Assembly: GCA_048268245.1 (NCBI GenBank)
Contig: JBLWVX010000038.1
Span: 1 to 21,042 of the forward strand
DNA: 21,042 nucleotides
Reading direction: 5' to 3'
Source: Arcobacteraceae bacterium
Lineage (GTDB): Bacteria; Campylobacterota; Campylobacteria; Campylobacterales; Arcobacteraceae
The notes below the pieces were generated by a model. It did not search any database. It was not told the DNA's origin and saw only the letters and a list, made by a program, of their open reading frames with translations. Position 1 is the first letter of the stretch, and each line of letters opens with the position of its first letter. Of this stretch, positions 9,681 to 19,787 are shown one piece after another. Position numbers and translations under genes: made by a program.

Positions 9681-9708
9681 TAATAAACACAAAAAAGAGG
9701 AATGACTG

Positions 9709-9822
9709 ATGAAAGTTAGAGCTTCAGTAAAGAAAATGTGTGATAAATGTAAAGTTATCAAAAGAAATGGTATCGTAAGAGTAATCTGCGAAAACAAAAA
9801 ACACAAACAAAGACAAGGATAA
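9709..9822 (+). CDS. rpmJ: 50S ribosomal protein L36 (zinc-binding C+ form); absent from the ORF track
   Basis: Manual translation [45 protein letters not shown] 9696-9701. Immediately upstream of rpsM. Confidence 0.98.
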   Translation: MKVRASVKKMCDKCKVIKRNGIVRVICENKKHKQRQG

Positions 9823-9828
9823 AAAGAC

Positions 9829-10197
9829 ATGGCAAGAATCGCAGGTGTTGATTTACCAAATAAAAAGAGAATGGAATACGCATTAACTTATGTTTATGGT
9901 ATTGGTTTACATAACTCTAGATTAATCTTAGATGCTGTAGGTATTGATAGAAATAAAAGAGCACACGAATTAACAGAAGACGAAGCAGCGGCAATTAGAC
10001 AAGAAATCCAAAAGAACTATATGGTTGAGGGTGATTTAAGAAAGAAAGTTGCTATGGATATTAAAGCTTTAATGGACTTAGGTTCATACAGAGGTTTAAG
10101 ACACAGAAAAGGTTTACCTTGTAGAGGGCAAAAGACTAAGACTAATGCTAGAACAAGAAAAGGTAAAAAGAAAACTGTTGGTGCAGCAGCTAAATAA
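9829..10197 (+). CDS. rpsM: 30S ribosomal protein S13
   Basis: [10 protein letters not shown]...[26 protein letters not shown]. Confidence 0.99.
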   Translation: MARIAGVDLPNKKRMEYALTYVYGIGLHNSRLILDAVGIDRNKRAHELTEDEAAAIRQEIQKNYMVEGDLRKKVAMDIKALMDLGSYRGLRHRKGLPCRGQKTKTNARTRKGKKKTVGAAAK

Positions 10198-10207
10198 GGG
10201 ATTGTAG

Positions 10208-10600
10208 ATGGCAAAAAGAAAAGTTACTAGAAAAAAAATTGTAAGAAAAAATATTGCTGACGGTGTTGTACATATTGCTGCAACATTTAACAATACTATG
10301 GTTACTGTATCTGACAATGCAGGTAATGCAATCGCATGGTCAAGTGCTGGAAGCTTAGGATTTAAAGGTTCTAAGAAGTCAACTCCATTTGCTGCTCAAG
10401 CTGCTGTTGAAGACGCAATGCAAAAAGCAATGGAACATGGAATTAAAAACGTTGGTATCAAAATTCAAGGACCAGGATCTGGTAGAGACACTGCAGTTAA
10501 ATCTGTAGGTGCTATTGATGGTATCAGAGTTACATGGTTTAAAGATGTTACACCATTACCACATAATGGTTGTAGACCACCTAAAAGAAGAAGAGTGTAA
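10208..10600 (+). CDS. rpsK: 30S ribosomal protein S11
   Basis: [41 protein letters not shown]. Confidence 0.99.
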   Translation: MAKRKVTRKKIVRKNIADGVVHIAATFNNTMVTVSDNAGNAIAWSSAGSLGFKGSKKSTPFAAQAAVEDAMQKAMEHGIKNVGIKIQGPGSGRDTAVKSVGAIDGIRVTWFKDVTPLPHNGCRPPKRRRV

Positions 10601-10609
10601 GGGGCAATT

Positions 10610-11236
10610 ATGGCAAGATATAGAGGACCAGTAGAAAAAATCGAAAGAAGATTAGATGCAGACCTTGGATTAAAAGGTGAGAGAAGACTTAACGGAAAAT
10701 CTGCATTAGAAAAAAGACCATTTGCTCCAGGACAACACGGACAAAGAAGAACTAAAATTTCTGAGTATGGTTTACAATTAAGAGAAAAGCAAAAAGCTAA
10801 ATTTATGTATGGTGTTTCTGAAAAACAATTCAGAAAATACTTCAAAGAAGCTGCAAGAAGAGAAGGTAATACAGGTGCTAACTTAATTACTTTAATTGAG
10901 CAGAGATTAGACAACGTTGTTTATAGAATGGGATTTGCTTCAACTAGAGCAAACGCTAGACAATTTACAACTCACGGGCACATCTTAGTTGATGGTAAGA
11001 AAGTTGATATTCCTTCTTACGTAGTTAAGCCTGGACAAAAAATTGAAATTAGAGAAAAATCTAAAACTAACCCACAAATCGTTAGATCTTTAGAGTTAAC
11101 TAACCAAACTGGTCTAGTTGACTGGGTAGATGTAGATAAAGATAAAGTATTCGGAATTTTCACAAGAATCCCAACTAGAGAAGAAGTTGTTATTCCTGTA
11201 GAAGAGAGATTAATCGTAGAGTTATATTCTAAATAA
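10610..11236 (+). CDS. rpsD: 30S ribosomal protein S4 (no zinc-binding Cys)
   Basis: [46 protein letters not shown]. Confidence 0.99.
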   Translation: MARYRGPVEKIERRLDADLGLKGERRLNGKSALEKRPFAPGQHGQRRTKISEYGLQLREKQKAKFMYGVSEKQFRKYFKEAARREGNTGANLITLIEQRLDNVVYRMGFASTRANARQFTTHGHILVDGKKVDIPSYVVKPGQKIEIREKSKTNPQIVRSLELTNQTGLVDWVDVDKDKVFGIFTRIPTREEVVIPVEERLIVELYSK

Positions 11237-11257
11237 TTGAGAGCAAAAAGGTAGCCA

Positions 11258-12256
11258 ATGAAGAAGTTTGCAGATACACCGTTTTTACCAACTGAAGTTG
11301 AAATCGAAGCTATTAGTGATAACGAAGCTAAGATTTCTGCATATCCATTTGAGAGTGGTTTTGCAATTACTTTGGCACACCCTTTAAGAAGACTTTTATT
11401 AAGTTCTTCAGTTGGTTACGCACCAATTGCAGTTAAAATTGAAGGTGCTTCTCATGAGTTTGACTCATTAAGAGGGATGCTAGAAGATATAGCTATATTT
11501 ATAATTAATCTTAAAAACATTAAGTTTAAAATAAATAGTGAAGAAGAACAAGTAGTAGTTGAGTACTCTTTTAATGGACCTAAAGAGATTAAAGGTGAAG
11601 ATTTAATCAATGCAGATGTAGAAGTAGTTTCTCCTGATGCACACCTTGCTACTATTAACTCAGATTGTAATCTTACTTTCTCTGTTATTATTCAAAAAGG
11701 TATTGGATATATGCCTTCTGAAGATATCAGAGATATTGTTGGACCTGATTACATTCCAATCGATGCTTTCTTTACACCAGTGAAAAAAGTAGTTTACGAT
11801 ATTGAAAAAATGTTAGTTGAAGATAATCCTAACTTTGAAAAAGCTGTATTTAATGTACAAACAAATGGACAAATTTCTCCAATCACTGCTTTTAAAGAAG
11901 CAGTATCTGTTATGTACTCTCAAATGTCAGTATTCAACAAAGTATTTGACTTATCTGAAGTAACAGTAAGTGATGCAGGTGAAGAGCCAGTAGAACTTAA
12001 AGATTTAATTATTAAAATTGATGATTTAAATTTAAGTGCTAGATCATTCAACTCTTTAGATAGAGCGGGATTAAAATTCTTAGGTGAATTAGTACTTATG
12101 AGTGAAGTTGAAGTTAAAAACATCAAAAACTTAGGGAAAAAATCTTACGATGAGATTGCTGAGAAATTAGAATCTTTAGGATTCCCAGTTGAAGATACAC
12201 TTCCAGAAAATGTTGCATCTGCATTAAGAAGAAAATTAGAGCAACTAAAAGCATAA
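11258..12256 (+). CDS. rpoA: DNA-directed RNA polymerase subunit alpha
   Basis: PFESGFAITLAHPLRRLLLSS, HEFDSLRGMLED, DAFFTPV, alpha-CTD LSARSFNSL...KNLGKKS. Position in the alpha operon. Confidence 0.98.
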   Translation: MKKFADTPFLPTEVEIEAISDNEAKISAYPFESGFAITLAHPLRRLLLSSSVGYAPIAVKIEGASHEFDSLRGMLEDIAIFIINLKNIKFKINSEEEQVVVEYSFNGPKEIKGEDLINADVEVVSPDAHLATINSDCNLTFSVIIQKGIGYMPSEDIRDIVGPDYIPIDAFFTPVKKVVYDIEKMLVEDNPNFEKAVFNVQTNGQISPITAFKEAVSVMYSQMSVFNKVFDLSEVTVSDAGEEPVELKDLIIKIDDLNLSARSFNSLDRAGLKFLGELVLMSEVEVKNIKNLGKKSYDEIAEKLESLGFPVEDTLPENVASALRRKLEQLKA

Positions 12257-12271
12257 TTAAGGGTTAGTAAT

Positions 12272-12622
12272 ATGAGACATAAGCATGGATATAGAAGATT
12301 AAGCAGAACTTCTTCTCATAGAAAAGCGTTATTAAAAAACATGGCAATCGCTTTAATCGAGAGAGAAAAAATTGAAACAACTGTTCCAAAAGCAAAAGAA
12401 TTAAGAAGATACGTTGAGAAATTAGTAACTACAGCTAGAGATGCTGATTTAAACACTCACAGAGCTGTTTTCAAAGCATTACAAGATAAAGAAGCTACTA
12501 AAAAATTAATTAATGAAATTGCACCAAAATACGTAGGTAGAAATGGTGGATATACTTCAATAATTAAAACAAGAATCAGAAGAGGTGATGCTACACAAAT
12601 GGCATTCATTTCTTTCGTATAA
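12272..12622 (+). CDS. rplQ: 50S ribosomal protein L17
   Basis: [45 protein letters not shown]. Confidence 0.99.
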   Translation: MRHKHGYRRLSRTSSHRKALLKNMAIALIEREKIETTVPKAKELRRYVEKLVTTARDADLNTHRAVFKALQDKEATKKLINEIAPKYVGRNGGYTSIIKTRIRRGDATQMAFISFV

Positions 12623-12644
12623 TCTTTAATTTTATACTATTTAC

Positions 12645-12680
12645 AAAAAAGGTAGGAGTTTTTAACTTCTACCTTTTTTT
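12645..12680 (+). terminator. Intrinsic terminator of the alpha operon
   Basis: AAAAAAGGTAGGAGTT-ttt-AACTTCTACCTTTTTT stem (one G-U) ending in a T7 run. Confidence 0.88.
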
Positions 12681-12821
12681 ATTTTAAAAAAATAATACAT
12701 TTACTCACAGTCAAACTTAAAAATTACTTTTTAATTTCATTTAATTTTTCTTTACCAAATTTTAATCATTTTTTAGATATAATCGGGTGTATACTATAAT
12801 TGTAAAACACAGGAGAGCCTT

Positions 12822-14180
12822 TTGATAACTCTAAAAGAAGCGCTTAGTTTAAGTGCTGATGATATTCAAAAATTAAGAGATGATTTAAAACAAAAAATTA
12901 AAGAAGACAAAACTGGTGCATATGTTGAGCAATTAACTTCACAAGATATTTCTGAATCAGGTTCTGGTATCCCAATAGCTATTAAAGATAATATAAATGT
13001 TAAAAACTGGGAAATTACTTGTTCAAGTAATATTTTAAAAGGTTATAAGTCACCATATAATGCAACTGTAATTAATAAATTAAACGATGCAGGTTTAAGT
13101 GCATTTGGTAGAACTAACATGGATGAATTTGCTATGGGAAGTTCAACTGAATCTTCATGTTATGGAAAAACATTAAATCCTGTAGATAATACAAAAGTTC
13201 CTGGTGGAAGTTCAGGTGGTTCAGCTGCAGCAGTAGCTGCTGGTACTGCAATTGCTGCACTTGGTACAGATACAGGTGGATCTATTAGACAACCTGCTGC
13301 TTATTGTGGTGTTGTTGGTATGAAACCTACTTATGGAAGAGTTTCAAGATATGGAATCACTGCTTACTCTTCTTCACTTGATCAGTGTGGACCTATAACT
13401 CAAAATGTAGAAGATGCTGCTATTTTATATGATATTATTTCAGGAAATGATCCTATGGATTCAACATCTGCAAATGTAGAATATGAAGCAGTTGCACCTA
13501 AACTTAATGAAAACAGAAAATTAACTATTGCAGTAATTGATAGTTTTGTTGAACAAGCAAGTCCTGCTATCAAAGCTGGATATGAAAAAGCAATTAAAGC
13601 ATTAGAAGATGCAGGTCATACTATTGTTCATAAGAGTATGTTAGATACAAGTAAGATTTTATCTTCTTATTATATTGTAGCGACTGCTGAAGCTTCTGCA
13701 AATCTTTCTAGATTTGATGGTGTTAGATATGGAAATAGAAAAGGTGATGCTGGTTTAAAAGATATGTATACACAAACTAAAACTCAAGGTTTTGGTGAAG
13801 AAGTTCAAAAAAGAATCATGCTTGGTTCTTTTGTACTAAGTTCTGGTTATTATGATGCTTATTATATTAAAGCTCAAAAAGTTAGACACTTAATAAAAGA
13901 TGAATATGAAGCAATTTTTAATGATGCAGATTTAATACTTTCTCCTGTTGCTCCAACAACAGCTCCTGAATTTGGAAGTTTTAAAACATCATTAGAAATG
14001 TATTTAAGTGACATTTACACTATTTCAGTAAACTTAGCTGGATTGCCTGCAATTTCAATACCTATAGATAGAGATGAAGATGGTATGCCTGTTGGATTAC
14101 AGTTAATTGGAAAAGCGTATGATGAACAAACTGTGTTTGATGGTGCTTTATCATTAGAAAAAGCCGTAGATTATAAATAA
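12822..14180 (+). CDS. gatA: Asp/Glu-tRNA amidotransferase subunit A
   Basis: IAIKDNI, NMDEFAMGSSTE, PGGSSGGSAAAVAAG, GTDTGGSIRQPA, RIMLGSFVLSSGYYDAYY. TTG start with SD AGGAG at 12811-12815. Confidence 0.98.
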   Translation: MITLKEALSLSADDIQKLRDDLKQKIKEDKTGAYVEQLTSQDISESGSGIPIAIKDNINVKNWEITCSSNILKGYKSPYNATVINKLNDAGLSAFGRTNMDEFAMGSSTESSCYGKTLNPVDNTKVPGGSSGGSAAAVAAGTAIAALGTDTGGSIRQPAAYCGVVGMKPTYGRVSRYGITAYSSSLDQCGPITQNVEDAAILYDIISGNDPMDSTSANVEYEAVAPKLNENRKLTIAVIDSFVEQASPAIKAGYEKAIKALEDAGHTIVHKSMLDTSKILSSYYIVATAEASANLSRFDGVRYGNRKGDAGLKDMYTQTKTQGFGEEVQKRIMLGSFVLSSGYYDAYYIKAQKVRHLIKDEYEAIFNDADLILSPVAPTTAPEFGSFKTSLEMYLSDIYTISVNLAGLPAISIPIDRDEDGMPVGLQLIGKAYDEQTVFDGALSLEKAVDYK

Positions 14181-14197
14181 AGAAAAGATTAGGATAG

Positions 14198-15649
<1,452 letters not shown>

Positions 15650-15652
<3 letters not shown>

Positions 15653-15796
15653 AAATTAAAGTAAAGCGTTATCTTTTCGCTTTACTTTGCGTTGAAGAAG
15701 AAAATTAAATGCTTACGTACTTGATGTACGCTGCGCTTAAATTTGCTTCTTCGCCTTGATTAAAACAAAAATCTAACACTTTCTTTTTAATTTTTG
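15650..15796. repeat. Imperfect palindromic element (ERIC/RPE-like MITE-type intergenic repeat)
   Basis: Terminal IR AAAAATTAAA 15651-15660/TTTAATTTTT 15786-15795; AAAG-c-GTTA/TAAC-a-CTTT; GAAGAAG 15694-15700/CTTCTTC 15746-15752; apical CGTAC-ttgat-GTACG. Only one copy in the window. Confidence 0.65.
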
Positions 15797-15805
15797 CTTA
15801 ACTAA

Positions 15806-15833
15806 TTGTATATTTATCTTAATATACTATAAT
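15806..15833 (+). promoter_or_regulatory. Putative sigma70 promoter for the HEPN pair
   Basis: TTGTAT (15806-15811), 16-nt spacer, TATAAT (15828-15833). Confidence 0.5.
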
Positions 15834-15866
15834 ATAAAAAATTATATTCAAGTTGAAAGAGTACAA

Positions 15867-16283
15867 ATGAATAAAACTGATTTAGAAAAGCTAGTAGATA
15901 TACGTATTGAAGAATCTAAAATATTATTGAATAATAAAAAAAGTCAGGGAGCTTATTATTTAGCTGGTTATGCTCTTGAATGTGCAATAAAAGCTTGTAT
16001 ATCAAAACAAGTTAAAGAGTTTGATTTTCCAAATAAAAAATTAGCAGAAAAAAGCCATAAGCATGATTTATTTGACTTAATTGGTGTTGCTGGGTTAAAA
16101 CAAAAACTTAATGAAAATGAAGAACAAGATCAAGATTTTAAACTAAACTGGGCAGTTGTTAAAGATTGGTCAGTTGAGTCTAGATATGATCATAATATCA
16201 ATCAAAAGAAAGCTGAAGACATATATAATGCAATTACAGAAGAAAACTCAGGAGTATTACAATGGCTAAAGATACATTGGTAA
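15867..16283 (+). CDS. HEPN domain-containing protein
   Basis: All-helical 138 aa with AYYLAGYALECAIKA, HKHDL and WSVESRY, the pattern of the classical HEPN family. Confidence 0.75.
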   Translation: MNKTDLEKLVDIRIEESKILLNNKKSQGAYYLAGYALECAIKACISKQVKEFDFPNKKLAEKSHKHDLFDLIGVAGLKQKLNENEEQDQDFKLNWAVVKDWSVESRYDHNINQKKAEDIYNAITEENSGVLQWLKIHW

Positions 16284-16669
16284 CAGAAAATCTTTCTGAT
16301 TCTATGATAGAAACAGGCAAATTATTAATAGAAAGGCTTGATAAGTGTAATGCAGAAGTAAAAAGTGCATTTTGGTTTTATTCTTCAGATGATAAAATAT
16401 GGAAATTAATCATTGCTTCACCTTTAGTGGCCTCAAATGGACCTAGAGAGTATTATAAAAAAGTAATTGAGGCAAATTCTACTGCAAAAGATGATGAAAA
16501 GGTCATTTCACTAAATGATATTGCTGTAACAGATATATCAAATCAAATTGTTCAATTAGTTAAAATAACTATAAATACTGGGGACGGTATTTCTGGAATT
16601 AGATTTTCAAAAAATACTATAAATGGTGTATTTCTTGAAGATATGTATATTTATAGATCAAATATATAA
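16262..16669 (+). CDS. Hypothetical partner of the HEPN protein (possible degenerate nucleotidyltransferase-like fold)
   Basis: Overlaps the HEPN gene by 22 nt, with an internal SD AGGAG. Helix, then AFWFY..WKLIIAS beta-hairpin. No GS/DxD motif. The fold is a guess. Confidence 0.65.
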   Translation: MAKDTLVTENLSDSMIETGKLLIERLDKCNAEVKSAFWFYSSDDKIWKLIIASPLVASNGPREYYKKVIEANSTAKDDEKVISLNDIAVTDISNQIVQLVKITINTGDGISGIRFSKNTINGVFLEDMYIYRSNI

Positions 16670-16695
16670 TAAAGATAAAAAAATCTAATACAAAG

Positions 16696-16732
16696 CTAAA
16701 TAAAAAGAGGCTATTTGCCTCTTTTTATTTAG
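16696..16732. terminator. Bidirectional intrinsic terminator
   Basis: Perfect 16-bp IR CTAAATAAAAAGAGGC-tattt-GCCTCTTTTTATTTAG between convergent genes, overlapping the stop of the minus-strand gene. Confidence 0.88.
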
Positions 16733-17019
16733 TTAGTTTGATTTTGTGAAAAATCATGCGTTACTGCATGGTTGTTTAGATGTTCTTCTAGTGCTAACAT
16801 ATACTCTCTTGCAAAGTAGTCAATAATTTTATCTTTCTCTGCTAGCATATCTTCAGCACTTTCAAATGATGTTGCTGCCATGTATGAAGTAAATCTTGCT
16901 GAACCATACATAAATGAAGCACTTACTTCTCCTAGTGTTACGCCTTGTTCTAATTGTTGATTTGCTAAATTAATTTGTTGATCGGCTCTTTGTAAAAATT
17001 CTGTTGTTTTTTCGCTCAT
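16729..17019 (-). CDS. DUF3144-like small helical protein
   Basis: FLQRADQQINLANQQ...VSASFMYGSARF pattern. Start reassigned to ATG 17019 (SD CAGGA). The upstream 62 codons of the ORF-track call look like non-coding AT-rich sequence. Confidence 0.75.
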   Translation of the reverse strand: MSEKTTEFLQRADQQINLANQQLEQGVTLGEVSASFMYGSARFTSYMAATSFESAEDMLAEKDKIIDYFAREYMLALEEHLNNHAVTHDFSQNQTN

Positions 17020-17236
17020 AAAATTTCCTGTTTTTCTTTGGATTATAGTCAAAAAATGGTTATAAAATAGAAAAATGGAAAAAACTTTTTTACCAAAATA
17101 AATAAATGTAACTTTTAAAGAGTAAAAATACTTAATAAATAGGTGTATGTAAAGATTTATTTTTAGAAAAGATGAAACTTTTTGATTAAAACATTTATTA
17201 ATCACAAAATCACGCTATAATGGCGAAAATATAAGG

Positions 17237-17668
17237 ATGTATATGCCAAAAGGTAAAAAAACAGTTATTAAAGAAATCAAGTTATTAGAAAATAATGAGA
17301 TTTTAATCAACGGTAGAGAGTATGTTATTTTAGAAACTACAGAAGATATTCAAACAGCTAAAACAATGAAAATATCATCAAATGGGAATAGAATATTAAG
17401 GTTTGAAGATGAGAGTAAAAAAGCTAGAATTGATTTAAAAAGATCTATTGATATTTATAAAGTAACCTTTAAAGATGCTAGAAGAGCAAAACAGTTTAGT
17501 AAAAATAAAGATAAAAAGCTAATCTTACCAATTGATGGTAATGAGATTGTTTCAACTGCTAATTCATTTATTGAAGCTCGTACTTTTGTTTCTAAATTTC
17601 AAGATAAAAAAAGTAAAACTTATGATAAACAAGTAGGTATTAGTATTTTTTATTTATTTGAAGAATAA
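17237..17668 (+). CDS. Hypothetical basic protein (143 aa)
   Basis: Open frame with SD AAGG(A) (start 17237 or 17243) and TATAAT at 17216-17221. No recognised motif. Confidence 0.7.
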   Translation: MYMPKGKKTVIKEIKLLENNEILINGREYVILETTEDIQTAKTMKISSNGNRILRFEDESKKARIDLKRSIDIYKVTFKDARRAKQFSKNKDKKLILPIDGNEIVSTANSFIEARTFVSKFQDKKSKTYDKQVGISIFYLFEE

Positions 17669-17791
17669 AAAGTCTTAAAATTTATTGATTTCATTTTTAC
17701 AATATTTTAGAAATTTGCTAATATTTATATCTAATTCCTTCTCTGTTTTTATCTATAAATGGTACTATTATCTATAAAAAAGGAAATTTAC

Positions 17792-18046
17792 ATGTTAGAT
17801 AAAATAAAAGAGTATTATAAATTAGCTAAGCAAAAAGATGTTGATGGATATTTAATCAAACTTGGAGTTTTAGGAGTGATTATTGGTTTTGTATTCTCTA
17901 TATCTATTGTAAATCAAATATTTGTATGGTTTATTTTATTTGGTGTATGTATTAAACTTTATAATTTTACTGAAAAAATAGAACATGATATTGTTCCTTA
18001 TGATTTTAATAGAATCTTGCCTCCTCCACCTAAAAAAGAAGAGTAA
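17792..18046 (+). CDS. Small 2-TM membrane protein
   Basis: Start reassigned to ATG 17792 (SD AAGGA 17780-17784). Two hydrophobic segments, C-terminal PPPP. Confidence 0.65.
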   Translation: MLDKIKEYYKLAKQKDVDGYLIKLGVLGVIIGFVFSISIVNQIFVWFILFGVCIKLYNFTEKIEHDIVPYDFNRILPPPPKKEE

Positions 18047-18107
18047 CAATCTATGTTTTTATCAAGATTTTACTACAATACCAAACTTTAAAAAATAAGG
18101 TTAATTA

Positions 18108-18332
18108 ATGTCTGGAAAAGAATTAAATGTATCAAGTGTAAAAACGACAAAAGGCGATATGCTTGCTCTACATGGAAATCAAAATAAAAATGCTACTAGA
18201 GTTGCTTTTTCACAAGAAAAAAATCAAAAAGAACAAGTAGTAAATGCAAGAAAAAGTGTGAATGGACAACTTGCAAAGAAAAAAGCAAAAAGAAAAGTAG
18301 CAAAAGCTTCTAGAAAAAAAAGCAAAAAATAG
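18108..18332 (+). CDS. Small, highly basic hypothetical protein (74 aa)
   Basis: SD TAAGG, upstream TACAAT, Lys/Arg-rich tail KKKAKRKVAKASRKKSKK. Confidence 0.7.
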   Translation: MSGKELNVSSVKTTKGDMLALHGNQNKNATRVAFSQEKNQKEQVVNARKSVNGQLAKKKAKRKVAKASRKKSKK

Positions 18333-18374
18333 CGATAATTCTGCGATTAAGTTTTGATACTCTTCTTTTAAAGG

Positions 18375-18617
18375 ATGAGTATGAAAACAATGACATGTAA
18401 AGAACTTGGTGGAGCTTGTGATGAAAAGTTTACTGCTAACAGTTTTGATGAAATAGGAAGACTTAATAAAGAGCATACAAAACAGATGTTTGACCAAAGA
18501 GACTTACCTCATTTAGAAGCAATAAAGCAAATGAATGAGCTTATGAAAGATAAAACTGCCTTTATTCAATGGTTACACTCAAAAAAAGAGGCATTTGATA
18601 AACTTCCTAACAACTAG
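18375..18617 (+). CDS. DUF1059-like small protein
   Basis: MKTMTCKELGGACD..FTANSFDEI....EH pattern with Cys/His putative metal ligands. Start 18375 or 18381. Confidence 0.75.
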   Translation: MSMKTMTCKELGGACDEKFTANSFDEIGRLNKEHTKQMFDQRDLPHLEAIKQMNELMKDKTAFIQWLHSKKEAFDKLPNN

Positions 18618-18676
18618 TATTTAAACATATATATTGTAAACTTTATAAAATCTCAAAATATAAAATCGGAAAGTAT

Positions 18677-19024
18677 ATGCTTAAAAAAATTCAAAATCAA
18701 ATAAATGGGTTTACAAATGGTATAAAAGAAGAAAAAGGTTGTGATGAACTTATCGCGTATATGAACAGCAATTACGTATCAAGTATAAAACTTTTGATGT
18801 TTGCATCAAGTAGTTTTTCTTTATATGCTAGGTTGTTACTATTTTTTATTATAGTAAATGGTGGGTTATTGATGTTTACAGCGATTGGGGCTTTACCTTT
18901 AGATTTCACACCTTTTCTTGTAGTAACTTTTATTTTAGTATCTATGATGATTTTTTATACTTCACATTTTAAAAAGAGACTAATATTAAGTATTAATGAT
19001 GCAAAAAATAGTATGAAAAGTTAA
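18677..19024 (+). CDS. Hypothetical 2-TM membrane protein
   Basis: 115-aa ORF with two C-terminal hydrophobic helices. Weak SD GGAAAG. Confidence 0.6.
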   Translation: MLKKIQNQINGFTNGIKEEKGCDELIAYMNSNYVSSIKLLMFASSSFSLYARLLLFFIIVNGGLLMFTAIGALPLDFTPFLVVTFILVSMMIFYTSHFKKRLILSINDAKNSMKS

Positions 19025-19129
19025 AAGTAAGCACTTTATTTTTAATTTACTTACGTAATTGTTTTATCTTAGGTGTTATTAACTACTTTTTTTATACAAT
19101 CACGTAAAAGAAAATCAAGGAAATCTAAT

Positions 19130-19774
19130 ATGAATTTAATGGTATTTGGTGCACCAGGTGCAGGAAAAGGTACACAAGCAAAATTTTTAATTGAAAAGTA
19201 TGACATCCCTCAAATCTCAACAGGTGATATTTTAAGAGCAGCTATTGCAGATAAAACTGAAATGGGTATGGAAGCTAAGAAATTTATGGATGAGGGTCAG
19301 TTAGTTCCTGATTCAACTATTATTGGTATTATCAAAGATAGATTAGCTGAGGATGACTGTAAAAAAGGATTCATCCTTGATGGTTTCCCAAGAACATTAC
19401 CTCAAGCAGAAGCTTTAAATGATTTAATGAAAGATATGGGAATCTCTTTAGATAAAGTTATTTCTTTAAATGTTCCTGATGAGTTAATCGTAGGAAGAAT
19501 TACAGGTAGAAGAGTTTGTCCTGACTGTGGTGCTTCATTCCATGTTGACTTTAACCCATCTAAAAAAGAGGGTAAATGTGACTACTGTGGTGGTGTATTA
19601 GTTATTAGAAAAGATGATAATGCAGAAACTGTTAAGAGCAGATTAGGTGCATACCATGATCAAACAGCACCATTAATTAAATTCTATACTGAAATGGGTG
19701 TAATGGTAGAGCTTGATGGTACAAAAGATGTATCTGAAGTAACTGCTGATATGTTTACAGCTATTGAAGGTTAA
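19130..19774 (+). CDS. adk: Adenylate kinase, long form with zinc-binding LID
   Basis: GAPGAGKGTQA P-loop, ISTGDILR, LDGFPRT, LID CPDC-X16-CDYC, RKDD. Start reassigned to ATG 19130 (SD AAGGA). Confidence 0.97.
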   Translation: MNLMVFGAPGAGKGTQAKFLIEKYDIPQISTGDILRAAIADKTEMGMEAKKFMDEGQLVPDSTIIGIIKDRLAEDDCKKGFILDGFPRTLPQAEALNDLMKDMGISLDKVISLNVPDELIVGRITGRRVCPDCGASFHVDFNPSKKEGKCDYCGGVLVIRKDDNAETVKSRLGAYHDQTAPLIKFYTEMGVMVELDGTKDVSEVTADMFTAIEG

Positions 19775-19787
19775 TCACTTACCTACT

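Noticed and set aside
9702..9719. Out-of-frame ATG ACT GAT GAA AGT TAG overlapping the rpmJ start
   Set aside because: The ATG directly abuts the SD with zero spacing. ATG 9709 has optimal 7-nt spacing.
17669..19070. Integron cassette array (tandem small same-strand ORFs; TAAC at 18044 and GTTAATT at 18100)
   Set aside because: No RYYYAAC/GTTRRRY pairs enclosing a foldable attC, spacers are not similar to each other, and there is no intI.
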